Assembly: GCA_964270895.1 (NCBI GenBank)
Contig: OZ185443.1
Direction: 5' to 3' (one strand)
Origin: Podarcis filfolensis
Lineage: Eukaryota
Length of the DNA: 64,000 nucleotides
The notes beneath the pieces are model-generated. The model searched no databases, was not told where the DNA came from, and was given only the letters and a program-made list of their open reading frames with translations. Numbering within the stretch: the stretch's first letter is position 1; each line of letters begins with the position of its first letter. Positions 37,267 through 49,538 of this stretch are shown piece by piece. Both the position numbers and the translations under genes were made by a program.

Positions 37267-38709
37267 AACCCAGCAAGTGGCATCTGGTGACCAATGCAAA
37301 ATGATGAACTGATTTGCACAACAGGGCATTGAAATCCAGTCCGAAGCAGTGTACCAAGGGTAATTGCACTAGAGCTACAGGAAGATGCTATTGAATGTGT
37401 TGGGCCCCAGAAGCAGTAGACCTTCCTATATTTTTCTTTAAGAGCTCAGTTCCTTTGTTGGTTTGTTTTCTGATATCCTGGGGAGAGACCCAAAGGCCAG
37501 GTAGAGAGGCCTGGGCACATTCATCACCTGGTCTGACATCAGTGCCAAGTGGGAAGGAACTGGTGTAATTATTGTGTAGAATACTACCTGTATCATTAAA
37601 GCTCTGTCTCCCTCTTTATGTTCCTAGTTTCCATGTAACATTGTGAGCCATTTTTATATTTTTCAAGTAAACTTGGTTTGTTGGCCTGTGAATGTACCAT
37701 ATATTTGCTGCAGATGTGACCCAACACTATAGATACAGCCATGAATCAGTCAGTAAGGCCTGGTATGTTTATGACTGTGATTTATTTAGTAAGTTTATAT
37801 TCCACCTTTTTGTGACATTCAAGGCAACTATCTGTCATTTTGTCCCCCTATTTCATATACCACACAAGGTAATATAACTGCTAATTTAAACACACACAGA
37901 GGTTTCATTGCTTGCCATTTATAACATTGAACTTTGAAGCCGAGTCCTGTTTTAAAGCAATTGGAGGTACAGGACAGTACTTGAACAATGGCAAGTTTTC
38001 TCAGGAGAGGGCGAAAGAATTACATTTTCTATATAGACACTCACTTTTATGAGATGTGCTCATCAATAGTCATCTAATTTCTTTTAGACTACTGATTAAT
38101 CCTCCTAGAGATCAAAACGATTGGCAACTTGGAATAGTTTCTCTCCCAGTGGAACAGAAGAGCCTGATAAAGGCAGTGGGGGGAGAGAAAAGAGATGACT
38201 TAAATGTCCTGGGGGATCAGAATACTAAGATTAGCAAAGATACGTAGGAGGAATGAAAATTCACATATGCCTGTTCAAGAAGAAATGAATGACATTTAGG
38301 TAGTATATTCACGATGTATAATTATTTTCTGGACATGCTGAAACAACGGAGGGGGTAAAGGAAGCCTGCGTAACCTAATTTGATAGCCTTGGATGTTCCA
38401 CAGGTAACCATAAGGCTATTTTTTTCTAATTGCAGAACAAAAGGTAAAATTCATTTTTGTGCTTTTCTTTTCATATGTGCATTTTCTGTTTTCCTCTGAG
38501 TTCTGGGCCTCTTTAAGTTCTGTCTCTGACAGTGTGACCCTATAAAGATATCTGCTCAGAAGTTATCCCCAGGGAGTTCTATGTGTCTTACTCTTGAGTA
38601 TGTTTGTATAGGATAGCAGAGTAAATTGCCTCCAACTTAGACACAAAACACAAAATTTAGAAAGGCCAGTAGTGAAATAATAAAGTGTGATTTGCTTTGA
38701 CAGTAGGGA

Positions 38710-38974
38710 TGTCATATTGGTTAAAAACTGTTTTAGTTTAAAGGGGTGGAGCTGAGAGGGTTTGAGGCAGAAAGGGAGGGGCCATGGACTCCACCTGTGC
38801 CCAAGGGCCTGTAGAAATCTGGGCTTGGGTGGCCTGGAGTATTTACTTGTCCTCTGGAAGGATGAACACAGGGAAGTAGTTCCTTGGGATTTCACTGTGA
38901 TGTACTGGTGTTCTATAAGTATGTCTATTGATCTAGAATGTCTTCCTTTTACAAGACTAGAAGCGGCCATGACA
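38710..38974. mobile_element. Possible small solo LTR or TIR element
   Basis: Begins TGTCAT and ends ATGACA around a GC-richer interior; no TSD or polyA signal found. Confidence 0.3.
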
Positions 38975-40747
38975 GAATAACTTTTTGCATTTATTTTTCA
39001 TTTAACAGGATTTATATTGAAACCTCTAAGCACGATACATTGAAACCTCTAAGCACGATACCTTAAACACACACAAAAGTTACTTATAAAATCAGATGTT
39101 AAAAACAAGTTAGTCTAAACCTTTTCAAAATAAAATCAGCAGTTTTTAAAATGTACTATGCAGTTTTTAAAATGTACTATATAAAATAAAATTATCAATT
39201 AAAATACAACTCAGGTTTACATGACTTGCTTAAGCAAAGTAAAATTTTAGCTGGTGCCAAAACTTGCTTGGCTCCTGCCTAACAATGAACATTTTTGGTA
39301 TAAGTTGGAGTCTAGTACAAAACAAACAAACAAGCAAACCCCTTCAGTTGTGATTCACTTCTGCAGCAGGAAATTCTGCTCTGGAGGTATAAATAACATT
39401 GTACCACCTTGGAGTAAGATGAACAAGTTTACCTAAGGAATTCCCCATAGTTGTGTCCTGCTGACCTGCCCTAGAATCCCAGATCTATCACTGAACATGA
39501 TGAAATGATCCAAGTGGACAAGAATTATAAATATCTGAGATGCTCTAAAATTGGTCTCATGCAGGCCAGGCATTTATGACTGCTTTTCTCACTGGAGTAG
39601 ACAGTATTTTTTGTTGTTATTCAGGAGGCTGCTAAAACAGGTCCATCAATCATAATAAAAATGGAGCTGGGGGTGGAGCCTAAATTGCAAGTTTTTATGA
39701 GTAAGGCACTGCCAATTAATTTTGCCTGACTTTGAATAATTATGAGTTTCTGTTCTTCCTGCATTATGATCTTTTATCATAAGCATGACTTCTAGGAACA
39801 GCTCCCTGGGAAAAAAATCAAAGCGTCAAGAATAACTGCATATCTTTTATCAAAAGGGGTCTGAATGATAATTGTGTCTAAAGTTCTGGAAAGTAAATAT
39901 GAATACATACTAACAGTTTTTCATTCGGTATTTATTTAAACAGAGATGCTATCAATTTGTGCACTATATTTTTAGTTACTGCTGCTGCAGAGCAGGGGAT
40001 AACAGTATTGGAAACTGCATCTCAGTGAATTTAGGGTAGCACAACTGGTTGCACCGCACTGGGTACCAAGCCTACGGGGTGCAGCAGGACATTACAAGCA
40101 TGACATAGTGAACTGAGGAAAATGGAAGGCAAGAGGTGGGGTGGCATCATATTTTGGGGCCACTGAAATTTGAAAGACCAGTCTGCCCCTGCCAAACCCA
40201 GACCAATGTTAATGAAGTTTAACTGTGTGACATCTGAATTGACTAAGCATAATTATGTATGTTTATCTGCCTTCAGAGACCTAGAGGAGTCTGTAGAGAA
40301 AGAAGAGTACAGGACAGACAGAAAGCGAAAGAAGACAAGTGGCTGATGCCTTTACATTTATGAGCTAAATCCCCAAAGTTTGGCTCTTAACTTATATTGG
40401 TTAACACAAACCATGATTTGTGATGATGACTGATTTGAGCCCTTGTGCGTGTGTGCTGATGTGCACACACACACACGTCTCAAACACTCTTAGCTTGGCT
40501 TGAAGCACTAGGAATATTGACGGATCAGCAAACACTCCTCTTAGCTTTCTTGGAGAATATTCTCAGAGTTTTCTTCCGTCTTGTAATATTGCTGCATGTA
40601 TACAAGTCTGTGTCTTTTTGTGAGGCTGCTTGGCAGATGTGTGCATGAATGAGAGTCACTTTGAAATTCAGTCACCATAATTCCACCAAAACAAAACACA
40701 TCTGGGGACAAAAAAAAGGGTTTTGAATCTCAATAGGGAACAGGAAC

Positions 40748-40751
<4 letters not shown>

Positions 40752-40812
<61 letters not shown>

Positions 40813-40830
40813 CTGTCTGTCTCTCTCTGT
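40752..40830. repeat. (TC)n(TG)n compound microsatellite
   Basis: Seen directly. Confidence 0.95.
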
Positions 40831-41835
40831 CTCCCTGTTAAGAGAATGGATCTAGTGGAGAGAAGATACCAAACAAAAATGAATTTTGTCTCTTGTCCAA
40901 TCACATAATGCACAGCAATCATTGAGAGAGGGATTGACATGGATGTTCCTCTGTGCATGTACCTACAGTGCTACTGTCTTTATAGCTCACATAGAGCCTC
41001 TTCAGGTGTTAATGCTCCTGTGGAGCACGGATCAGGGACACATTATTTAACCTACTCCACGCCTTTGCACTGAGAGAGCCGCCAAAAGCTTCCTTGTGAT
41101 CTGGAACCATGTGTGTTATAGAAGTCCCTCAACACAGTCAGGAGCAGTTGGTGAAGAGGTGGCAGCACTCTGCCCCTGGACTCCCAGCAACAGAGTCACT
41201 GTCACTTACTAGGAAGGAGAGAAGCAGTTATACTGTGTATGCAGATCCTAGGTGTGGGGCTCCTTGGTTCCTGGTGGCATTGAGACATCTATTGAGCTGA
41301 AAGCTAAAAGCCCACTGCCCACTTCAGATTTTTGCATTAATCACACAAAAGTTGGGGGGGGGAGTACCCAGTGTGTAGGGGATGTTGGGGGGAAAGCTGA
41401 TGCATATGCTCCTGGCTCACTACACACTTTTAACCATGAATGATCAAGCTGAATGCCAGAACAGGATTCTTGAATTCAACTGGACCGCTTGATAAGAAAA
41501 TAGGTCATTTCAGATATGGTACTTGAATTTGGGAATGCTCTCTGAGAGATCTACTGGTCATTGTGGTGGTGAGCTTACACTGATTGGCAATGTCTGGCCT
41601 ATTTTTTCAAGAATTTGGGCTAAGTGAAAACTGATTTTTCTTTATTGATATGTTGGAGCTTATTTTTTATGACTGTTGGGTGTTTCTTAAAGAAAAAAAA
41701 TGTTATTTCTTTCAGACCACTCCTACAGGTCCCCTGTCATGATTCTGTGATGCTATAAAGTTTTTGTTATCCTCCAAGATACACCCCCCCTTTGTCCTTC
41801 TTAAATACTACTCTGAGGTTAACGTTAATCTTAAA

Positions 41836-42195
41836 AAAGGTAAAGGTACCCCTGACCATTAGGTCCAGTCGCGGACGACTCTGGGGTTGCAGCAGTCATC
41901 TCATTCTATAGGCCAAGGGAGCCAGCGTTTGTCTGCAGACAGCTTCCAGGTCATGTGGCCTGCATGACTAAGCCGCTTCTGGCGAACCAGAGCAGCACAC
42001 GGAAACGCCTTTTACCTTCCCGCCGGAGCAGTACCTGTTTATCTACTTGCACTTTGACGTGCTTTCGAACTGCTAGGTTGGCAGGAGCAGGGACCAAGCA
42101 ACGGGAGCTCACCCTGTTGTGGGGATCTGAACCGCTGACCTTCTGATCGGCAAGCCCTAGACTCTGTGGCTTAGACCACAGCGCCACCCACGTCC
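41836..42195 (-). mobile_element. Sauria SINE (young, full length)
   Basis: AAAGGTAAAGGTACCCCTGACCATTAGGTCC ... CCACAGCGCCACCCACGTCC; imperfect TSD TAACGTTAATCTTA / CAACTTTAATCGTA. Confidence 0.95.
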
Positions 42196-44466
42196 TCAAC
42201 TTTAATCGTAGTTATACTTAAAAACACCAGTGGGTATGTACTGCTCTATCCACAAATTTAGCAACTTGCATGATAAATTGAAACTTTTTTTTTAAAAAAA
42301 AACAACTTTGTACAAAGGGAATTCTGCATACCTGTATACAGATATAATATTGCTCTGCTGGATTTCTGTTTTGCTATCATTGTTTCCAGAAGTATAGATG
42401 TGTGATAATAGTGTGGGGTTTGAAAAAAGGTGCTATTCCCTTTTGAGTGGGCTATCCTTTTCTGTTTTATTCCGCTTTTATGAACTGCATTCCACCTTTA
42501 AGAAATTGCCTACTCAAAAACAATCAAGACAATCCAGAGTACTCAAGCTTGCCAAGAACAATCTGATAATTTTAAGCCTGCATTGGTTTTGCTGCCTCCA
42601 TTCTCATCTTAAAAGCACACCAAATATATGCCCACTTTTCTGTAGACTTTGTGATTAACATTGTGTACATTTCAAGCTGTCTCCTGAAATCTGTACCAGA
42701 AAGAAACTGCTCTGAGAGTTTTAAAGAACAGGACCTGATGGGTAGTTACGGTTCCAGGATAGAGTGAAACTGACAGGTGTCACATTGAACTATGCATACA
42801 GCCGAATACTTATATATAATTGCCAATGCTAATTAATATCTTGTAAATTTGGATTTTTACCCGCAGGTCCAGGATGAGTTACAACATTAGAGACAAGAAA
42901 TTAGAATACTTAACAAAAGCCTAACCACTAAAGGAATGCCTAGCTTACTCCTAGCAACCAAGTACTTGCATAAATGAAAAAGGCCTTACATGTCTTCTTG
43001 AAGATTATTGGGCCATTGTTTTGGTAGACTTTGATTTCCTGATTTTGAGGAGGGGCTAATAAGAGTGCCTATGCCCTTGTTATTCAGGTATTGTGTATGC
43101 AGGTAGAAACTAAATGATATTTCTTGGCTGACCATGGTTATTTATTTAATTGGATTATAGGCCCTATGAATAATCAAATATACATTGATTATTCTACTCT
43201 ACCCACTATTCCTCACTACCAAAAAATGTCAGTCTGAGTAAAAATGCCTTACAAAATTGACTTTGTGTTTGATCTTCAGCACATGTATACAGGGATTTTC
43301 TGATCCAGCTTTCCTTATTTGTGAAATCACTTATTGCTAATAGGACACAATTTGCTTGACTGCTATTATCATGGCCAAATCAAGCTATTTAAACACTAGC
43401 ATACATGCTGCTGTTGTTTTTTTGCAGGAAAAAAACCTTAACACGTTAATAGTCACCTTTTTGCTGTACCACATGAACAGTGTCTATTCCAAGCTAATGA
43501 TTCTGTGAAAACAGATTGTTTGTGGAAAGACTGGAACCCAGCTGAGACCCTTCTTGGAATAAATAGATGGTCTTCAGTACTTGCAAAAGTAATTAGGAAA
43601 AAGAACTCCAACAATGCTATTGACCTCCAGCAACTGATAGAGAAAGACAAAAATACCTCAGAGTTATTGCAGAAGACAAGCTATAAACAAGTTCATTAGT
43701 TTATAATGAGCAAACACTGTTTTTGAAGGTGTCATAAGAAATTGGCTGATAGGCCATATCTCTGATGCATATGTATAAAGGCTTTGCACTGATCATAAGA
43801 GTTGGTTTGGATCCCTATTTGCTGATTTAGAAGACAGCCTACTTTGATCTGAAGCACCTTTGAGACTGCCTGATTCAGCTCAGAATCCAAGTCTGAAAGT
43901 CCAAGTGTGAAAAACAAAACTACATTCTCTGTGTCTCTCTCTTTCTCCCTCAAAATGCATTTAGTGGATAGAATTTGCATTCATAATAGCTCCTGCATGG
44001 TGCATACATCCTGCTAAATTACAAGCAAATATCCCTCCCCCCTCCCTTCCTCTTTAAAAAATGGTTTCTCCCCAGTGAACTATATATAACTTTTTAATTT
44101 TAGCAGAATTGAATGAAATTTGCAGGTAGGTAGCCCCATCTGATTGGATTAATCCTGCTAAACTTCAGAATAATAGCTGCAGCAGTTTTTGCAAAAGAAG
44201 ACTCTTTAAAGTTTAGAGGCTGGCTGAAAAAGGAATCCCTTATCCCGGCACCCCCAATGTTTTGTGGGTAGTTGTTTTGAATATAGCGGACATGAGAGAA
44301 GTGCCTATAGGTTTTTTTTTTGTTTGTTTTTAAGAAGCTTGTCAAAATGCCTTTTTTGCCTAGGAGTTTATAAGCTGGTTTGCAGGGAAGTGAATAAAAG
44401 GGATTCCCTTCTGTTCCTGCTAAAACCTTTGTCTGTGGGCACTGATTCAGTCATGTAGGTGGTGGT

Positions 44467-44850
44467 GAGACACGAGTGGCACTGTGATCTAAACCACCAA
44501 GCCTCTTGGTCTTGCTGATCACAAGGTCAGCAGTTTGAATCTGCACAACGGGATGAGCTCCTGTTGCTCTGTCCCAGCTCCTGCCAACCTAGCAGTTCGA
44601 AAGCATACCAGTGCAAAAAGATATATAGGTACTGCTGAAAGGGGAAGGCAAATGGCAGTTCCAGGCACTCTAGCTTCCATCACGGTGTTCTGTTGCATCA
44701 AAAATGATTGAGTCATGCTGGCCACATGACCCAGAAAGCTGTCTGCAGACAAACATTGGCTCCCTCTGCCCGAAAGCAGAGATGAGGCCACACCCCAAAG
44801 TCAAATTCAACTACACTTAACTGTCCAGGGGCTCTTTAGCTTTTTACCTT
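44467..44850 (+). mobile_element. Sauria SINE (older, more diverged copy)
   Basis: GAGACACGAGTGGCACTGTGATCTAAACC ... GGGGCTCTTTAGCTTTTTACCTT; TSD TGTAGGTGG (44454-44462, 44853-44861). Confidence 0.9.
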
Positions 44851-44979
44851 GGTGTAGGTGGCCTAGGAGATCGTACTAGACACACTGTGTATCTAGGACA
44901 CATTTTTAAGAGACTTGTAAATTAATACAAAAAATCTTGAATCTAGAATGGTAACATCATGTGGACAGGGTATGCAAGA

Positions 44980-45400
44980 TTTTAAGCACTGGAATTATGT
45001 GCTCTCAGTAGTCTGTACTCGTCAGCAGTACAGCTGTAGCATTTTGCATCATCTGGAACTCCCAGTGCAGGCCCAAAGGTAGAGCACATTGCAACCATCA
45101 AATCTTCAGATGAACAATGCATGAATCACTGCAGCCCAATATCCTTGTAGAGGAACACTTTGGTTAGTGTACCAGTTGGAAATGGTAAAAGGCATTCCAA
45201 CCATTGAGGGTCCAGCGACAAAGATGGATCCAAGAGCATTTGAACTTGTTCTTTAAGAAGGAGTGCAACCCCATCCAGAACAGGCAACTTGCCCAACTCC
45301 TGAATATGAGATCCACCTACCCACACTATCTCCATCTCCTCAGAGTTCATACTTAGTTTATTGGCCCTCATCTGGTCCATACTTCACGCAGACATTCCAT
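44980..45400 (-). mobile_element. L2-clade LINE RT C-terminal fragment
   Basis: Translates MRANKLSMNSEEMEIVWVGG...ELGKLPVLDGVALLLKEQV..LLDPSLSL and, downstream, EHIIPVLK; these match L2 motifs; many disablements. Confidence 0.8.
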
Positions 45401-47082
45401 TTCATATCCAGCCCCTTGGACCCGGTTCTTATGGATAAATAGAAATGCATGCCTTCTGAATATGATGATACTTTGTCCCCAAGCTCCTATTGACCACTTC
45501 CAATGGCTTCATGTAGCTGTAGAAAAGTTTATAGGTTTGAGCCAATAAGGCGCAGTGGGGTTGTTGCTCATTTACGTGAAGATTTAGTTATGTCCTTGTA
45601 GCACATCCCATTAAAACATCCCCATCTAGAATATATCACAGTCAAGTTTCAAGGTTAAAAAAGAGGGAAAGAGTTGAACTGCAGTTGCTAGGTCCAGACA
45701 GGGTCACAGCCCCCCTTTTTTTTTGCCGGATTTTGTGCTTCATATGATATGCCAGAGATTAACCCACATTTTGTTAGAAACATTTGGGTTCTCTTATATT
45801 TAAAAAGCTTTTTATTGTAGCTTTCTCCCCGCACCCTGCAAAACTGTGTCAATTTAGATCTATGTTGTTTTATAATGTATCAGTGCGGTTGTTTTTTCAT
45901 GATGATAACGCTGCAATAAAAATAAGTCACTGCAAAACAAAACCATTTTCAAGCTAATTGAAACAGTCAAAGTGAACACAATGATAAATAAACGCTAAAT
46001 GACAGCTCCATTATAGGATTCTGATATATACAGAAGGACAAATAAGGGCTAGATTTGAAAGGCTGATAGCAGAGTTTCCTATGAGTATTAAAAAAAGAAC
46101 TGCTTCCAACAAGTGATGCTTGATGATAAAGTGTGTACTGTGAGTACTATAGCAGTTTATTTAGGTCAATCATAGGGCAACATAATAAGGGCCATAGTAT
46201 TTCCACAGAACCAAGCTTTCCTCCACATATCTTCAAGTAAGAAAATGAAAGCTAATGCATTCTGGAATATTCTTTTGAGCTTCAAGTAAATATGCAGAAT
46301 AAATGAACCATTAAAAGGGCATGTGTACCAAAATGAGGGTTCTGCACCACAGTAATTTATAAACTGGTGTAAAGTTGTTTTCTTTTATTCAGATTCCTTT
46401 TGATTGGGCTAATCTATAAATACAGAAATAACTGCATAACAAACATGGAAATTCGTTGCTAAGCACTTATAGTATCATTAAAGAGGTCAGCTTAATCAGA
46501 TTGCCCTGCTGCATATACCAAAGTTCCTATTGTTGCAGAAGGGCAAATTTATTGTAACGGTGCTGGTAAAACTGTTTTATGTCACACTTTGCCTCTTGGT
46601 TGCATGTATTCACAAAGGAGACAATCCATCAAGCATTGCAACCATGCAGCTTTAGTTCACAGGGGCAGTTTTTTGTGAATTGTACCCAACGCATTTCAAC
46701 AAATATGAAATATCAATCTGTGGCTTTTGATCAAAGGCTTGCCAGACTGTTTTGGAGGTTTGGAAGTTGCTCATTCCCCAAGAGCAACTGCGAACACTGA
46801 AAGTCAAATTACATTACATGCAAGCGAATGTGGAATTGTAGCGTTATGGTCGTTTTATAATGGAAGAACCATTTTATGAGAGGAGCATGAGGACTGGAGA
46901 AGCGGTGGGTGGGGTGCTAAACCTTCACCTGTGCACTGTTATTCCAATCCACCTGCCATGTGCCCTTTCTTCAGCAGGCTTCAAATATTCATTTGCCCTT
47001 GAAAACATGTCATGAGAGAGAAGCCACTAGGAAGAGAAGATTTATAGTGAATTAAAAAATCAGGGAATGGGTTAAGCCATCC

Positions 47083-47210
47083 ATTGCTAACCTGGTACTC
47101 TCCAAATGTTGGATTATAATTCCCATTACTGCCAAAGAGCATTGTTTACTGACTGGGGCTCTTGGGAGTTGTAGTCCAACAACATCTCTAGAGGGCAAGA
47201 GGTTGGCAAT
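47083..47210. mobile_element. Short palindromic hAT-type MITE
   Basis: Terminal inverted repeat ATTGCTAACCT / AGGTTGGCAAT; internal GGATTATAATTCCCA ... TGGGAGTTGTAGTCC inverted repeat. Confidence 0.65.
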
Positions 47211-48934
47211 GACAGATCCTATTTGCCCCTGCCCTCCCTCTTACTGTCCTCTCCACACTAGCACAACCCTGCTGCTCAAGCTGGCTACAGTGGAAGGTGG
47301 GGGGGGGGGCAGGGTGATCAGGCCTGGATTGGGCCTAATGCTGTCACATGATTGTGAAACCAGTTGAATGTCCAGTGGATACTGAGCTGGCTCAGCCCCT
47401 TCCTGCCTCCAGAACACCCCATTTGGGGGGGCTTTCCACCGATTACTGTGATCATCATCTACAGTACGACCTACACACTCATGTCAGCCAGTTGGCAGGA
47501 AATGTTCTTACCTAGGAAACCTGGATGGAAGGACACCTCCACATAATCAAACACCCTCAGCTTAGTGTAAGGGAGATTTGGATTGAATTGTTCTGCCCAT
47601 ATAATATAGCTGTAAAGTGTTATTAGCCAAGCATTTTCCTCCTGGACTGAATGTTTTGCCATCTCTTTCTTAAAATTAGGGATAGAAAAGCTGCCCCCCC
47701 CCCCCCGCCCTGACTCAAGTAAAAACAACCGAAAGCAAATCTGACCTAAAGACAAACATACTTTGAACTCAAAGTGTTCTGTTTAGGCAAAAGATGTCTA
47801 GAAATGTTGAAGTAAATTGTTATTTATTTGCCAGGATTAAGGAACTTTCTTAAGTGAAAGTTGAGGTAAACTTGCATAATTCTACCATGGTGAAGCTTCT
47901 GTGAGTAAATTTAGGATAAATTGCTTCATAAGAGTTTCAGAGAGTTACGTATCTATCCTTACCCCACCTCCCTCAAGCTATCGCAGTGTGTTTGAATACA
48001 ATTCTTTAAAATTATGGTACTTTCCCTTGTAGAAGTTTTGAGTATAGGGAAAGAAGTCTGTAATATCCATATAACTCCTAGCATAACATTTCAGGAGCAC
48101 AATAGGGATTCCATTATAAATGTATAATTTTCCCACATATCTCCTATCTGTGCTTTGTTCTACTGATACCCATGTACTTTTCTGGCATATATTTAATTGT
48201 TTTAATCTGTTTGTCACCCAGAGTGCTCTGGTTATCATTGGTGTCTGCTAAATGTGATAATACTGTAAATACATCATAATCACTGAAAAATACTGCTCAT
48301 TTGCCCAACACCAGAGCACATACCCTCAGCTCACATGCTGCAGATATTAAAGGAAAACATTTAAAGTGTGTGGGGGGGGACATGTTGCATTATGCACAGC
48401 ATCAAGTCTTCTCATCCCTTTCCCTTAATAATACACTGTTTGTTTCATTACTAAACTAGTCCCTTAGTTCCTTTTTTATTGCTTTTGCTAGCAATTTGGA
48501 TGGAACATTACTCGCCTTCTAGGCCTTCCCTATTCCCAGATATCTCCCAATTCCTGTAAATATTTTGGTTTTCCTAACACAGATGTTGCTGTATTTAACT
48601 TTCATATGCCCTAGTGATCAATGAAGTCTGTGGCAAAGCAAGTATGCACATAAACCGAAAATGAATTCTGACAATGTGTGGGATTTTAGAACATAGGGAT
48701 CTATCTTATAGCATCAAAGCCCTGATCCATCTAGCAGCTAGTACTGCCTACACTGACTGGCTGCAGCACTCCTTGGCTTCAAAAAAGACCATTTCCTCGT
48801 CCTGCCTCTGGATTTCAGATTTCAGCTGTAATGCTCCCCCCCCCATGATCTACCTTTGAGCACCAGTGCAATTAAGTAATTTGGGGCTTTGAACTTACTG
48901 CCTTATGGGAGATGCACTTAGATGATGGTGTGTA

Positions 48935-49082
48935 TTACTTTATTTATTATGTTTTTATATATGTTGGAAGCTGCCCTGAGTGGCTAGGGCAACCCAGTAA
49001 GATATGTGGGGTATAAATAGTAAAATTCTCATTATGGAATGGGACATCCCTATTTTCATCGGAGAAATGTTGGAGGGGATGT
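48935..49082 (+). mobile_element. L2-type LINE tail fused to a MITE right end
   Basis: TGTTGGAAGCTGCCCTGAGTGGCTAGGGCAACCCAGTAAGATATGTGGGGTATAAATAG followed by ATGGAATGGGACATCCCTATTTTCATCGGAGAAATGTTGGAGGG; the same junction occurs at about 33283-33375. Confidence 0.65.
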
Positions 49083-49221
49083 AGTTAGAGTTCTACAGTT
49101 AGAACATGGCTTAGCTTTCAGGTGCAGAAAGCAAGGAGGAAAAAAGAATATGGACAAGGCAGACAAAACTAAAGCTCTAATTCAAGTCCAGCTCCACTTT
49201 AGAGTCAAGTAACTAGTGTTA

Positions 49222-49538
49222 CTGAGCATCTTGGGCTTGCCAATTGGAAGAGCTCCATTGCTCTGTCCCAGCATCTGCCAACCTAGCAGTTCAAAAGCAT
49301 ACCAGTGCAAATAGATAAATAGGTACCACTGTGGTGGGAAGGTAAACAGTGTTTCCATGTGTTCTGGCGATCATCACGGTCCCCAATGTGCCAGTAGTGG
49401 TTTAGTCATGCTGGACACATGATCCGGAAAGCTGTCTGTGGACAAATGCCGGTTCCCTTTGCCTGAAAATTGAAATGAGCACCACACCTCATAGTCACCT
49501 ATGACTGGACTTAACCATACAGGGGTCCTTTATCTTTT
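49222..49538 (+). mobile_element. Sauria SINE, 5'-deleted older copy
   Basis: Contains CCAACCTAGCAGTTCAAAAGCATACCAGTGCAAATAGATAAATAGGTACC and the tail GGGGTCCTTTATCTTTT; head region missing or deleted. Confidence 0.85.

Noticed and set aside
40279-40350. Purine-rich terminal-exon-like reading DLEESVEKEEYRTDRKRKKTSG*
   Set aside because: Low-complexity GA-rich DNA readily gives such peptides; no homologue recognised.
42398-42658. ORF containing an LRR-like LKLAKNNL
   Set aside because: Single isolated motif with no splice context or additional repeats.
43442-43699. Open frame with coiled-coil-like DLQQLIEKDKNTSELLQK
   Set aside because: No recognisable family and no consistent splice boundaries.
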